From Candidatus Nanohaloarchaea archaeon (lineage in GTDB: Archaea > Nanohalarchaeota > Nanosalinia > Nanosalinales > Nanosalinaceae), in assembly GCA_014297435.1 (NCBI GenBank), contig JACOQA010000003.1:128001-192000 (forward strand): a stretch of DNA of 64,000 nucleotides, given 5' to 3'. The position numbers and the translations under genes are program-made. The notes under the pieces are model-generated. The model saw only the letters and a list, made by a program, of their open reading frames with translations. It was not told where the DNA came from and made no database searches. Shown one piece after another: positions 9,021 through 19,551 of this stretch; the stretch's first letter is position 1; every line of letters starts with the position of its first letter.

Positions 9021-9992
9021 ATGTCACAAGTAAACAGACCAAGAAGCGGATCACTAGGCTACAAGCCGAAGGTACGCGCAGACAGAATCTATCCCTCAAT
9101 CGACACATGGGAAGAAATAGATGAACAAAAACCTCTAGGATTTGCTGGCTACAAGGTCGGCATGACAAGAATACTTAGAATCGACGATACCGAAGGAGCA
9201 ACACAAGGACAAGAAGTTGCGACACCGGTAACAATCCTAGAAGCTCCACCACTAAGAGTTTACGGAGCAAGATTCTACACCGAAGACCTGAACGACGGAA
9301 AACAGGTCTACACAGAAGCATGGACTGATTCTCCAGCCAAAGAACTCCAAGAAGCAACCAACGTACCAAAAGAAGGAAACATGGACAATCTGGAGAAAGC
9401 AAAAGAAAACTCAGAAAAAATTACAGATGTCAAACTCCTCGTCCACACCCAGCCACAGAAGACCGGCGTAGGAAAAGATAAAGCCGCAAACTTCGAGCTG
9501 GGAATCGGCGGAGACACAGAAGAAAATATTGAATACGCAGAAGAGATGATCGGAAAACAGATCGAATTCTCTGATGTATTCGATGAAGGAGACTTCTCCG
9601 ATGCAATCGCCGTAACAAAAGGAAAAGGAACAGAAGGTCCTGTAAAGAGATACGGGATCAAGAAGCTCGGTCACAAGACACAGAAGAAAAGAAGAAAGGC
9701 CGGAAACGTAGGTCCATGGCACCCAGATACACTTTCATGGAGAGTTCCGCTTCCAGGACAGCAAGGATTCAATAACCGAACCGAGTTCAACAAGAGAATC
9801 CTCGGACACGGCGAAGAACCTGAAGACGTCCAGAGAGATGGCGGATTCAAGAACTACGGAGAAGTAGAATCAAACTACATCCTAGTCAAAGGATCGGTTC
9901 CAGGAGCAACAAAGAGACTAGTAAGGCTTAGAACCGCTCTAAGAAAAGACGAAAACCCAGGAACACCTGAAATCACTCACATCAACAGGTGA
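9021..9992 (+). CDS. rpl3: 50S ribosomal protein uL3
   Basis: RPRSGSLG, GFAGYKVGMT, TKGKG motifs. Confidence 0.98.
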   Translation: MSQVNRPRSGSLGYKPKVRADRIYPSIDTWEEIDEQKPLGFAGYKVGMTRILRIDDTEGATQGQEVATPVTILEAPPLRVYGARFYTEDLNDGKQVYTEAWTDSPAKELQEATNVPKEGNMDNLEKAKENSEKITDVKLLVHTQPQKTGVGKDKAANFELGIGGDTEENIEYAEEMIGKQIEFSDVFDEGDFSDAIAVTKGKGTEGPVKRYGIKKLGHKTQKKRRKAGNVGPWHPDTLSWRVPLPGQQGFNNRTEFNKRILGHGEEPEDVQRDGGFKNYGEVESNYILVKGSVPGATKRLVRLRTALRKDENPGTPEITHINR

Positions 9993-10000
9993 AAATAGAT

Positions 10001-10759
10001 ATGACAGACACACCAACACAGTTTAACGAAAGAGTAAGACCCGACATAATCAAGAGGGCGTTCCTCTCAATCCAGTCAAAGAACCGGCAGGACTACGGAA
10101 CAGATCCGGAAGCCGGACTGAAACACGTTACAAGGATCAAACAGAGGAACAACGCATTCAGAGGACAGAAAGGAAAAGGAATGTCCCGAACACCGAAGAA
10201 AGCCATGCTCGCCAGAGGACAGCAGTTCTACTGGGTCGGAGCAAAGGCGCCTCACACAAAAGGAGGTAGAGTAGCCCACGGACCTAAAGCCGAGAAAGAC
10301 TTCGAAGAAGAGATCAACGACAAGGAAAGAAGAAAGGCAATCAGGTCAGCTATCGCAGCTTCAAACGATATCGAGCTAGTCTCCAAGAAACATGATTACG
10401 ACGGAGAACTACCGCTTATCGAGGAAGGACTGAACGAAGTAGAGAAGACACAGGAACTGAAGGAAAGACTCGAGGATCTTGGACTCGAAGATGAACTAGA
10501 AAGAGCTTCGGAGAAGAAGGTTCGAGCAGGTAGAGGAACTTCAAGAGGAAGAAAGTACAGGACGAAGACAGGACCTCTAGTTGTTTACGCAGAAGATGAA
10601 GGAATTGTTAACGCAGCAAGCAACCTTCAGGGAGTTGACTCCTCAAGAGTCGACCAGTTAAACGCAAAGAAACTTGCACCAGGCGCACAGCCAGGAAGAC
10701 TTGTTGTCTGGACAGAAAAAGCTGTAGAAGAACTAAAAGAAAAAGAGCTTTACAGGTGA
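10001..10759 (+). CDS. rpl4: 50S ribosomal protein uL4
   Basis: VRPDIIKRA, GGRVAHGPK, LAPGAQPGRL; ATG after AGGTGA. Confidence 0.97.
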   Translation: MTDTPTQFNERVRPDIIKRAFLSIQSKNRQDYGTDPEAGLKHVTRIKQRNNAFRGQKGKGMSRTPKKAMLARGQQFYWVGAKAPHTKGGRVAHGPKAEKDFEEEINDKERRKAIRSAIAASNDIELVSKKHDYDGELPLIEEGLNEVEKTQELKERLEDLGLEDELERASEKKVRAGRGTSRGRKYRTKTGPLVVYAEDEGIVNAASNLQGVDSSRVDQLNAKKLAPGAQPGRLVVWTEKAVEELKEKELYR

Positions 10760-10764
10760 TTAAG

Positions 10765-11034
10765 ATGGAAGAAGAGAAAGCATGGGACGTGATCGAGAAT
10801 CCTCACATGACAGAGAAAGCGATGGATCAAGTCGATATGGAGAACAAGCTAGTTCTCATAGTTGATCTTGATGCAGACAAGAACCAGGTTGAGGACGCGG
10901 TCGAGACCCTATTCGATGTCACGGTTAAAAAAGTAAACACTAGTATCACACCACAGGCAAAGAAAAAAGCGTTCGTCAGACTTTCAAACGCAGACGACGC
11001 GATGGATGTTGCCACGAAAATGGGTATGATGTAA
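10765..11034 (+). CDS. rpl23: 50S ribosomal protein uL23
   Basis: TEKA, VNT, KKAFVRL. Confidence 0.97.
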   Translation: MEEEKAWDVIENPHMTEKAMDQVDMENKLVLIVDLDADKNQVEDAVETLFDVTVKKVNTSITPQAKKKAFVRLSNADDAMDVATKMGMM

Positions 11035-11050
11035 GAGAGGTGAACAAGAT

Positions 11051-11755
11051 ATGGGATCTCCACTAAGACAACAGAGAAGAGGAAAAGGATCGCCTAATTA
11101 CAGGGCTAACTCCCACAGAGGAAAGGGAGGAGTAGATCACAACAACGCAGAAACCACAGGAACAGTAGTAGATCTACAGCACGATCCTTCGAGAACAGCA
11201 CCAGTCGCCGTAGTCGAATTTGACAGCGGAGAGAAAAAGAACGTGCTTGCACCAGAAAACCTCTCAATCGGACAGCAAATCGAAATCGGCAGAAGCGCCG
11301 AAATCAAAGAAGGAAACACACTACCTCTCGGCGAAATTCCGGAAGGAGTTCCAATACATAATATTGAGCTCCAGCCTAACGACGGCGGAAAACTTGTAAG
11401 GTCCTCAGGAACGTACGCTTTCGTTGTCACACACGAAAAGGATGGAGTCAGAATCAGCCTTCCTTCCAAGTCGTTCAAGAAGCTCTCGAAAGAGTGCAGA
11501 GCGACTGTCGGAAAGGTTGCTGCCGGCGGAAGAAAGGAGAAGCCTTTCGTCAAGGCCGGAAACAAGCACAAGGCGATGAAAGCGCGCGGAAAACCTTATC
11601 CAAAGGTATCTGCAGTTGCTATGAACGCCGTCGACCACCCATTCGGTGGATCAGCAAAACCAGGACAGCCCAAGACAGTTTCCAGGCATGCATCGCCTGG
11701 TTCAAAGGTTGGAAACATCGGAGCAAAACGCTCTGGCAAGAAGAAGAACGACTAG
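11051..11755 (+). CDS. rpl2: 50S ribosomal protein uL2
   Basis: QRRGKG, HDPSRTAP, MNAVDHPFGG. Confidence 0.98.
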   Translation: MGSPLRQQRRGKGSPNYRANSHRGKGGVDHNNAETTGTVVDLQHDPSRTAPVAVVEFDSGEKKNVLAPENLSIGQQIEIGRSAEIKEGNTLPLGEIPEGVPIHNIELQPNDGGKLVRSSGTYAFVVTHEKDGVRISLPSKSFKKLSKECRATVGKVAAGGRKEKPFVKAGNKHKAMKARGKPYPKVSAVAMNAVDHPFGGSAKPGQPKTVSRHASPGSKVGNIGAKRSGKKKND

Positions 11756-11767
11756 AGGCCTAGAACT

Positions 11768-12148
11768 ATGACAGATGAAGACTTTACATTCAGAGGAAAA
11801 AGCCTTGAGGAACTGAAGCAGATGAACCTCGACTCCTTCGCAGACCTCGCAAACGCGAGAGCAAGGAGAAAGATCAAGAGAGGACTAAACAGAAAGGAGA
11901 AGAAACTGCTTTCAGACCTTGAGGACAGCGACACAGCGAAAACACACGAGAGAAACATGATCGTTGTTCCTTCGATGGTTGGAAAAACCGTTGAAGTCTA
12001 CAACGGACAGAGATTTATCGAGGTAGATATCGAGGGCGAAATGCTCGGACACTACCTAGGCGAATTCGCAAAAACCAGAAAGAAAGTCGAACACAGCGCT
12101 CCAGGACTTGGAGCTACACGTTCGTCACAGCACGTACCTCTCAAGTGA
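11768..12148 (+). CDS. rps19: 30S ribosomal protein uS19
   Basis: KTHERNM, MLGHYLGEF. Confidence 0.98.
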   Translation: MTDEDFTFRGKSLEELKQMNLDSFADLANARARRKIKRGLNRKEKKLLSDLEDSDTAKTHERNMIVVPSMVGKTVEVYNGQRFIEVDIEGEMLGHYLGEFAKTRKKVEHSAPGLGATRSSQHVPLK

Positions 12149-12153
12149 TCATC

Positions 12154-12570
12154 ATGAGTCTAGAAGTAGAAACACACCAGGCAAAGGCCGTAGGGAAAAA
12201 CCTACGTGTCTCCTGGAAGGACTGCACAGAGATTGGCAGGTTTATTGACGGAGACTCCGTCGAGAAAGCCAAGAACAAGCTTGAGAGAGTAATCGACAAG
12301 GAGCTACCAGTTCCGATGACAAAGTTTGACTCGGACGCAGGACACAAATCCGGTCAGGGTGCTGGAAAGTACCCTGTTAAGGCAGCGGAAGAAATGCTTT
12401 CACTTGTCGAACAGGCAGAATCCAACGCAGAACACGAAGGACTTAACACCGGACAACTTGAAGTCCAGAACATCATCACCAATCAGGGTCCTTCGATCCG
12501 CACACCGAAGCGTCATAGAGGACGCCAGATAAAATCAGCTCACGTAAAAATGGTCGTGGGCGAAAAATAG
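12154..12570 (+). CDS. rpl22: 50S ribosomal protein uL22
   Basis: GKYPVKAA, SNAE, operon position. Confidence 0.96.
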   Translation: MSLEVETHQAKAVGKNLRVSWKDCTEIGRFIDGDSVEKAKNKLERVIDKELPVPMTKFDSDAGHKSGQGAGKYPVKAAEEMLSLVEQAESNAEHEGLNTGQLEVQNIITNQGPSIRTPKRHRGRQIKSAHVKMVVGEK

Positions 12571-12585
12571 AGGTTTAAACATACT

Positions 12586-13656
12586 ATGCAAGAAAAACAA
12601 TTCGTACAGAAAGGAGCCAGAAAGGTTCGTCTTCACGAGTTTCTGAAAGACGAGCTTGAAGGCGCAGGTTACTCTCACGCAGATATCGTGAGAACACCTA
12701 CATCGACAAAAGTCGTGATTTACGCACAGAGACCTGGACTCGTTATTGGAAGAGGTGGTTCCCGTATCAAGGAACTTACTTCTGACATGGAAGCAGAGTT
12801 CAACTTTGAGAACCCTCAGATAGAGGTAAACGAGATCGACGAACCTGATGCAGACGCACAGGTAGTCGCACAGTCCATGGCTGACTGGCTTGAGAAAGGC
12901 GGTCGCGCCAAAAGGGTTGGCTACACCTACCTTCGCAGGATGAAGGAAGCAGGTGTCCCAGGTGCAGAGATCGAGATCTCCGGAAAGCTTTCCGGAAACC
13001 GTGGAAGAACAGAAAAATTCTCGTTCGGATACGTAAAGATCTGCGGAAACACAGCAAAGGAAAACGTAGACCGCGGATACGAACTAGCTAGAACCAAGCC
13101 AGGTGCAATCGGAGTAAAGGTCAGGATGATGGAAGAAATGCCTGACTTCATGCACAGAGACGTAGATGTAGAGGAAGAGATCATGCATGAAACAGTTGAA
13201 GGCGGAGAATCCGTTGAAAAGGCAGAGAGAATTTCCGAGATCATCCAGGAAGCAGACAACATGACAGCAGCCGAGATCGAAGACGCTATCGAGACACTTG
13301 AAGAGGTCAAGACCTCTGACATCTCGAAGGACGAAGTAAGACAAGTCTTCGAGGACGGCGGACACGAAGAAACTTCAGAAGATGACGAAGAGGAAGCTGT
13401 TTCCGAAGAACCTGAGGAAGAAGATCAGGACGAATCGAAGGCAGACGAAGAAGCACCAGTAGAAGACACGGAAAAGTCTGACGAATCTGAAGGCGACGAA
13501 ACAGAGTACGCGGAAATCGTCTCAGGAACCATCAGCGATGCAAAGGACGCAATTGACGAACTTGAAGAGCCTGACTTCGCAGAGCTTCTTGCTGCTGAAG
13601 AGGCAGACAAAAACCGAACAACCTTTATTGACTGGTTGGAGAACAAGAAAGAATAA
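12586..13656 (+). CDS. rps3: 30S ribosomal protein uS3 with long acidic C-terminal extension
   Basis: KH domain RPGLVIGRGG, ISGKL; ~170 extra C-terminal residues. Confidence 0.98.
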   Translation: MQEKQFVQKGARKVRLHEFLKDELEGAGYSHADIVRTPTSTKVVIYAQRPGLVIGRGGSRIKELTSDMEAEFNFENPQIEVNEIDEPDADAQVVAQSMADWLEKGGRAKRVGYTYLRRMKEAGVPGAEIEISGKLSGNRGRTEKFSFGYVKICGNTAKENVDRGYELARTKPGAIGVKVRMMEEMPDFMHRDVDVEEEIMHETVEGGESVEKAERISEIIQEADNMTAAEIEDAIETLEEVKTSDISKDEVRQVFEDGGHEETSEDDEEEAVSEEPEEEDQDESKADEEAPVEDTEKSDESEGDETEYAEIVSGTISDAKDAIDELEEPDFAELLAAEEADKNRTTFIDWLENKKE

Positions 13657-13680
13657 AAGCAGAGTAAGGAGTGATTACAC

Positions 13681-13878
13681 ATGGCGATTCTAAAGGCAGA
13701 CGAGATCAGGGACATGAGCGAAGATGAGGCTCGAGAGAGACTCAACGACCTCAAGAAGGAAATTGTAGAGGAAAAAGGACAAATTGAGACAGGAGGATTC
13801 GCTGAAGACCCTGGAAGAATCAAGGAGATGAGGAGAACCATCGCCCGCATCAAAACAGTTCTCAACGAAAAGGAGTAA
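13681..13878 (+). CDS. rpl29: 50S ribosomal protein uL29
   Basis: EIRDMS, PGRIKEMRRTIARIKT. Confidence 0.97.
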   Translation: MAILKADEIRDMSEDEARERLNDLKKEIVEEKGQIETGGFAEDPGRIKEMRRTIARIKTVLNEKE

Positions 13879-13888
13879 ACGTACCAAG

Positions 13889-14194
13889 ATGTCAGATCTT
13901 AACGACGATAACCTACCGGACGACTTCGACCCTATGGACCAGCTTGCACGGTCCGAACAAACCATCACAGTCAAGATCGACACTCGTAGCTTCGGCAAGG
14001 AAATGACTGTTGTCGAAGGATTCGGGGACGATGTCGATATTTCTGAACTCGCATCCACCCTCAAGTCCAAGCTTGCATGCGGTGGAACCGCGAAGAATGG
14101 ACAGATCCAGCTCCAGGGAGATCACCTGAGGAGGATTGAAGAAGTTCTCGAAGGCGAAGGCTTCGACCGGGAGAACATCGACGTCAAACGCTAG
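13889..14194 (+). CDS. sui1: Translation initiation factor aIF-1 (SUI1)
   Basis: GKEMT, LKSKLACGGT, LQGDH. Confidence 0.96.
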   Translation: MSDLNDDNLPDDFDPMDQLARSEQTITVKIDTRSFGKEMTVVEGFGDDVDISELASTLKSKLACGGTAKNGQIQLQGDHLRRIEEVLEGEGFDRENIDVKR

Positions 14195-14280
14195 AAACTC
14201 CGTTCAAAAGCTTTCTTTGAACGGTTTCACAGCCCTTTTTACTTCCCAACTTTTAATTCTAGAATCCCTAATTCAACTAT

Positions 14281-14811
14281 ATGCCAGGACCTGTATTCCT
14301 AGAAGGAGAAGAAGCTGAACTAAGAACTATCGAGGAAGGAGATATTGAATTCCTCAGAGACAGTGTAAACCTTCCTGTTATCCGTAGAAACATTTTATCG
14401 GTAAGAAAACCGGAAAATAGAGCCAGCAGCGAGGACTTCTTCGAGAACGTAGTATGTTCTGACAATACTGTCCATTTCCTTATCTGTAAAGACGGCGAGA
14501 GAGCCGGCATAATCTCGGTAGAGGATAAAGGAACTGTGGAGAAGCTTGGACAGCTAGGTCTCTGGATACACCCAGATTACCATAACCAGGGTCTTGGAAC
14601 AGAGTCAACCAAACTAATGATTGAGCACGCCTTCGAACAGCTGGACTATCACAAACTGTATGCACGAGTCCACGAGAATAACGAGGCATCACAAGCACTC
14701 TGGGAAAAACTTGAGTTCGAGAAAGAAGGAAGACTGAAGGAACACTGTTACACAAACGGAGAATACATCGATGTAATTATGTACGGAATGCTTAGGAGGG
14801 ATTGGAGATGA
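14281..14811 (+). CDS. GNAT acetyltransferase, RimJ/RimL family
   Basis: MPGPVFLEG, HNQGLGT, N.AS..L.EK, EG.L. Confidence 0.92.
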   Translation: MPGPVFLEGEEAELRTIEEGDIEFLRDSVNLPVIRRNILSVRKPENRASSEDFFENVVCSDNTVHFLICKDGERAGIISVEDKGTVEKLGQLGLWIHPDYHNQGLGTESTKLMIEHAFEQLDYHKLYARVHENNEASQALWEKLEFEKEGRLKEHCYTNGEYIDVIMYGMLRRDWR

Positions 14812-15335
14812 CAAGGTTTATGGAACGCGACGGAGTTGTATTTAGACCGGTAGAGGAAGAGGACAAGGAATTCCTTAGAAAGCTAATTAACCATGAAAAT
14901 GTCAGAGACACAATCGGCATGGCTCCTAAACCAAAGAACCTGAAGGACGAAGAAGAACATGTCGAGTTAGCTAGTGAACAAGATGATGCAGCTTACTTCC
15001 TGATAGAGTACGAAGGCGAAAAGGTCGGAACAATCTCACTTGAAAATATTAACAGAGATTACCGTAGATGTCACCTAGGTCTGTCGATCCATCCGGATTA
15101 TCACGGGCAGGGAATCGGAACCACAAGCGTACAGATGATCACAGATTACGCATTCAAAGACCTCAACATGCACAAGGTGAGAGGCGGCTACCTCGAACAC
15201 AACCCTGCTTCGAAAAGAATTATGGAGAAAGCCGGGTTTCAGGAAGAAGGAATAGAAAGAGAGTTCAAATTGGTTGACGGTGGCTGGAAAGATGTTATCT
15301 GGATGAGCATCCTCGAACAAGAGTGGCGAGAATGA
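14808..15335 (+). CDS. GNAT acetyltransferase, RimJ/RimL family
   Basis: HGQGIGT, NPAS..IMEKAGF.EEG. Confidence 0.92.
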   Translation: MTRFMERDGVVFRPVEEEDKEFLRKLINHENVRDTIGMAPKPKNLKDEEEHVELASEQDDAAYFLIEYEGEKVGTISLENINRDYRRCHLGLSIHPDYHGQGIGTTSVQMITDYAFKDLNMHKVRGGYLEHNPASKRIMEKAGFQEEGIEREFKLVDGGWKDVIWMSILEQEWRE

Positions 15336-15815
15336 GAGTTAGAGAAGCCAGGAAGAAAGATGTTGAAGGTATTAGTGAGATAGCGGAGAAGACATGGATG
15401 GATTCTTACAGCTCGATCATTTCTGAAAGCACTATTCAGAAGGTTATCGATGACTGTTATGATTTAGATTCCTTAGAATATCAGCTGGATAAAGGTCTTT
15501 TCTACGTAGCCGAAGAAGACAACGAAGTAATCGGTTTCGCCCACGCAGGTTCCCGAAGACGGAAGTAAAGCCAATCTCTACCGGATCTACGTTGATCCAA
15601 ATTCTCAGAGAAAAGGTGCCGGCTCAAGGCTCTATGAGAAAATAGAGAATGAACTAAAGGATAGAGATATCGAAGGAATTAGACTGGAAGTCGTGTCTGA
15701 AAATGAGAAAGGTTTCAGTTTTTACAGGAAGAACGGATTTGAAACAGTGAATGTGGAGACAGTTGAGTTGAAAGGCGATGAAGTGGACCAGAAAGTTATG
15801 GAGAAAGGGATCTAG
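15332..15815 (+). pseudogene. Frameshifted GNAT acetyltransferase
   Basis: N-half stops at 15568; +1 frame from ~15554 continues with YRIYVDP..QRKGAG...N...FY.KNGF to TAG at 15815. Confidence 0.85.
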
Positions 15816-15941
15816 AGTTATGGTATTGAATACTTGATTATAAGTTTGCCTATTGAGGTCAGTAAGCTCTTAGGAATCTAGTTCTTGAGAAAATAGGCTT
15901 CTCCCTAAACCCATTTAATTGTTACTATGTAATAACAAAGT

Positions 15942-16718
15942 ATGTCGTTATTTGTTCAAAGGCAGCAACGCGGTATAGAAGCCGAGTTCGAGGATATTTT
16001 GCTAAATGACCCGCTCGGCCATGGAGCTGAATTGAACGAAGAGGCAATTGAGGATATATTCAGGGTCATAGAACTAGCAGACCGAGAGATCAATCACGGC
16101 TTCGCGGAAAGAGACTATATCTTTGATCATGGAAGAGCTGCCTTTGACTCCGATAAAGGAGGCGACAAAATCTCTATATCAATGGCTACAGAGTTCAAGC
16201 CCTTCAGACTCTGCCACGAGCTGGGACACAGCGCATACCATTCAGAGATACGGGAAAAAGTACCTGAATCTGACCCGGAGCCGATAAGAACTTCCTATTC
16301 CGAAGCATTCGCTGAACTTACTGCCTACCACCTCTTCGATCAGGTAGAAATGGACTACTCTGAATCCATACCAGAAAGAAACCCTTACACAAATCCTGAT
16401 CAGACAAGATTCTACGCCGAACTCGTAGAGGAAGATATACCTGACTGGAAGGAACACCATGAGAACTCAGATCTTCAGGTTGACTTACAGCACCACTCCG
16501 CAAACCTAATTGGTAGGAAGATGAGTGAGAAGGGATTAAACCCGAATAATGCCCTAGACTCAACACAACAGTTCTTCTCATTAGTGCGTCAAGGCCTCGA
16601 AGCAGTTGTGGAACACGGCACAGAGCTCTACAGACAGGGAGAGCTCGAACAGATCTACCCGCAGGGAAAAGAGAGATACGAGGAGAGACTGGACCAGATA
16701 ATAGAAAACAACTTCTGA
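15942..16718 (+). CDS. Putative zinc metallopeptidase-like protein
   Basis: HELGH plus downstream EAFAE. Confidence 0.65.
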   Translation: MSLFVQRQQRGIEAEFEDILLNDPLGHGAELNEEAIEDIFRVIELADREINHGFAERDYIFDHGRAAFDSDKGGDKISISMATEFKPFRLCHELGHSAYHSEIREKVPESDPEPIRTSYSEAFAELTAYHLFDQVEMDYSESIPERNPYTNPDQTRFYAELVEEDIPDWKEHHENSDLQVDLQHHSANLIGRKMSEKGLNPNNALDSTQQFFSLVRQGLEAVVEHGTELYRQGELEQIYPQGKERYEERLDQIIENNF

Positions 16719-16773
16719 CCCTCCAAAAGAACTATCAAAAGACCGTAAAAAATACCGAGAAACAAATTTATTT

Positions 16774-17988
16774 ATGGAGAAAGTCTTCCCCAAGTATGGC
16801 GAGGCATCGCTGGCAGACATTCCCGGAACAGTACTCTCCCTCTTTAATATAGAATCAGACCTAACCCGGTTAGACGAAGATATAGTTAATTCAGAGGAAG
16901 ACTACGAAAACGTAGTAGTAATTCTGATCGACGGTCTTGGACTAAACCAGTTAGAGAATTTTTCAAGAGGTTTTTTTGAAGAAGCTAAACAATCTGGAGA
17001 GCTTAAGGGGATTACTAGTGTATTTCCGTCAGCGACCCCAGCCACGCTTACCAGTATTAACACCGGCAAAACACCTAAAGAACATGGTTTGCTTGGATGG
17101 GAGATGTACTACGAGGAGATAGACTCGAATATCTTTACACTACCTTTTCTGACAACAGAGGGCGAAAAACCTCAAGATGCATTCGAGGAAGTTGACCCGA
17201 AGATGCTTTTCGAAGGCGAACCTATCTACCCAAGGCTTGAACAGAATGATGTAAACTGTTTTTCAGTAACTAAAGAGGATATTGTAGACAGCGAGTACAC
17301 TGAGATGGTCAAAAAGGGGTCGGAGATAGTGCCTTACCTGAACACTGCCGATATGGCGCTACAAATCAGGAGAACCCTGGAAGAAAATGAAGGTAAAAAG
17401 TACATCTATGCTTACACGTCCGATATTGATTCGATCTCCCATATGCGGGGTCCGAAGACTGAGGATGAGCGCAATCAGCTGGAGATGATCTCTGAGACCC
17501 TTAACAGAAATCTGGTTGAGGAGATGGATGAGGAAACAGCCGAGGACACTCTCGTGTTAATTACAGCCGATCACGGCCAGATCGAGCATGATGAAAAGGT
17601 GGATCTCTTCCAGTGGGATAATGTAGGTGAAAGCCTGAAGACGGATGACAACGGCGACTTGATAACTCCGACAGGTAACGGAGGTCGCTCCATCTTCCTA
17701 CATGTGAAAGAGGAGAAGCTCGATGAACTGCACAGCTTTCTGAACGAAAAGCTTGATGCAGAGGTAATGAAGACAGAGACAGCTCTAGAAGAAGGATACT
17801 TCGGTGAAGGAGAACTAGCAGATAATTTCAAGGCAAGAGCCGGAGAGTTAGTCATAGTTTCAAACGACAACAAAATTCACTGGGGTGAGCCCTGGAACCT
17901 TGAAGACATCGGGGTTCATGGAGGACTACATCAGGAAGAGATGAAGATTCCGTTGCTGAAGTTTGAGTTATCCGATTTAAGGAGGTAG
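16774..17988 (+). CDS. Alkaline phosphatase superfamily (nucleotide pyrophosphatase/phosphodiesterase)
   Basis: IDGLG, SVFPSAT, D..SH, TADHG, HGG. Confidence 0.92.
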   Translation: MEKVFPKYGEASLADIPGTVLSLFNIESDLTRLDEDIVNSEEDYENVVVILIDGLGLNQLENFSRGFFEEAKQSGELKGITSVFPSATPATLTSINTGKTPKEHGLLGWEMYYEEIDSNIFTLPFLTTEGEKPQDAFEEVDPKMLFEGEPIYPRLEQNDVNCFSVTKEDIVDSEYTEMVKKGSEIVPYLNTADMALQIRRTLEENEGKKYIYAYTSDIDSISHMRGPKTEDERNQLEMISETLNRNLVEEMDEETAEDTLVLITADHGQIEHDEKVDLFQWDNVGESLKTDDNGDLITPTGNGGRSIFLHVKEEKLDELHSFLNEKLDAEVMKTETALEEGYFGEGELADNFKARAGELVIVSNDNKIHWGEPWNLEDIGVHGGLHQEEMKIPLLKFELSDLRR

Positions 17989-18045
17989 ATTTCAAAACCT
18001 AGAAATTGGGAAAAACTCAAAAATCGGCGTGAAAAACCTCTAAAT

Positions 18046-18648
18046 ATGAGAGATACCGTCAAGAAAGGCTACGAAGAAGGCGACTACGAAGGAGAGTATC
18101 GAGAGAACAGAGAGATAGTTGAAAAAGAAAAACAGCTGTTCAAGAAGCTTTCTGACAACATCAAAGGCGATAAAGTACTTGATCTGGGTTGCGGTACGGG
18201 CGTTCCTTTCGATCGTTACCTCGTTGACGAGGGCTTCGACTTGACAGGTATCGATATATCAGAGAAACACATCAGAAAGGCAAGAGAAAACATACCTGAA
18301 GCCAAATTTCTTCAGGGAGACTTCTTTGATCAGGACTTCGGAGAGAACAGTTTCGATGCCGTAGTAAGTTTCTACGCTATCTTCCATATACCTAGAGAAG
18401 AACACCAGAAGCTTTTCGAAGAGGTGAGGCCCTGGTTGAAAGACGATGGAGCCCTACTTGTCACGATGGGTGCTGAAGAAATGGAGCAGCATAAAGAAGA
18501 AATAGGAGGAGGTGAACTTGTCTGGAGCTCCTACTCACGCGAGAAGAACAAAGAGCTAATAGAAAAAGCCGGGTTCAATATTTTGGAAACGTACGTAGAG
18601 GATTGGCGCGAGGAAACACATCTATGGATACTTGCCGAGCCCAACTAG
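18046..18648 (+). CDS. Class I SAM-dependent methyltransferase
   Basis: VLDLGCGTG, GIDIS, FDAVVSFYAIFH. Confidence 0.93.
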   Translation: MRDTVKKGYEEGDYEGEYRENREIVEKEKQLFKKLSDNIKGDKVLDLGCGTGVPFDRYLVDEGFDLTGIDISEKHIRKARENIPEAKFLQGDFFDQDFGENSFDAVVSFYAIFHIPREEHQKLFEEVRPWLKDDGALLVTMGAEEMEQHKEEIGGGELVWSSYSREKNKELIEKAGFNILETYVEDWREETHLWILAEPN

Positions 18649-19286
18649 AAATCCTCACCATCCATCTCCATCTCTATTCTTTCAATAGCTTGTTTATGCC
18701 TCTCTAAACGTTTCTCCGCCACTTTCTTAGTATAGTCAAAGTTAAGCTTCTTCATCTGTCCTCTATAGCGGTCAACTGCAGAGTCCCAGAAGTATTCTAG
18801 GCTATCATCAAAAGTTCTTTCGTGTTCGGCTGCGTAATGTATCTGCCGCCAGAGGTTGTTTACACCGAAGTTTGAAACCTTGTCAGCATCCTGCACAATT
18901 TTTCCTTCGACAGTTTGAGGTTCGGAGTGATGGTTCCTGATAATTCTTTGAATTTTCTTGAGCTGGTCTTCTGTAACAAAGTCAGAAACGTATTCCTCGA
19001 TTATCTTGGCTCCTCTTTCATCGTGTCCTTCATGTCCTTCAAAAGGATCCATCTCACCGTCTTCAATATCCTCTTTTCTGCCGATATCATGGTAGAGAGC
19101 GGCGATCTCCAAAACGTTCTCATCTATCTCCTCACTTGTTTCGACGTTTTGTTTCAGTTTGTGTACGATCTCTAGAACCGTTTTAAGGTGTCTGTAACGG
19201 TAGTTCTTTCCCCCGGCTATCTCGGTATAGTTTGAGAACTCGTCTTTCAGCCTTGATTTAAGCTCTTCTTCGACCTCTTTCTCCAT
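18645..19286 (-). CDS. HD-domain phosphohydrolase
   Basis: H...YHDIGR, HH, DAD. Confidence 0.9.
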   Translation of the reverse strand: MEKEVEEELKSRLKDEFSNYTEIAGGKNYRYRHLKTVLEIVHKLKQNVETSEEIDENVLEIAALYHDIGRKEDIEDGEMDPFEGHEGHDERGAKIIEEYVSDFVTEDQLKKIQRIIRNHHSEPQTVEGKIVQDADKVSNFGVNNLWRQIHYAAEHERTFDDSLEYFWDSAVDRYRGQMKKLNFDYTKKVAEKRLERHKQAIERIEMEMDGEDF

Positions 19287-19347
19287 AGAATAGTTATTGG
19301 AACAGAAAATCTTACAAGTTTGAGTTGAAAGTTAAAGGGGTAAAAGT

Positions 19348-19465
19348 AGTCTGGCAGCGTCCCGGAACTCCCGCCTGTAAGGCAGTACCGACCGGATCGC
19401 TGAGGGACTTTACTTCCGTGTTCGGGATGGGTACGGGTGTAACCCCCTCGCTCTGACCGCCAGTA
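19348..19465 (-). rRNA. rrf: 5S rRNA (stand-alone)
   Basis: Reverse complement CTGGCGGTCAGAGC...ACACCCGTACCCATCCCGAACACGGAAGTAAAG...GCTGCCAG with terminal helix I. Confidence 0.96.
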
Positions 19466-19551
19466 TCACAAATATCAGGTTTAACTCTTATAAACAGTGA
19501 TGGCGTTTAAGTCACGAAACATTCAAGCCCTTCCTAAGGTAATCTTTGGTT

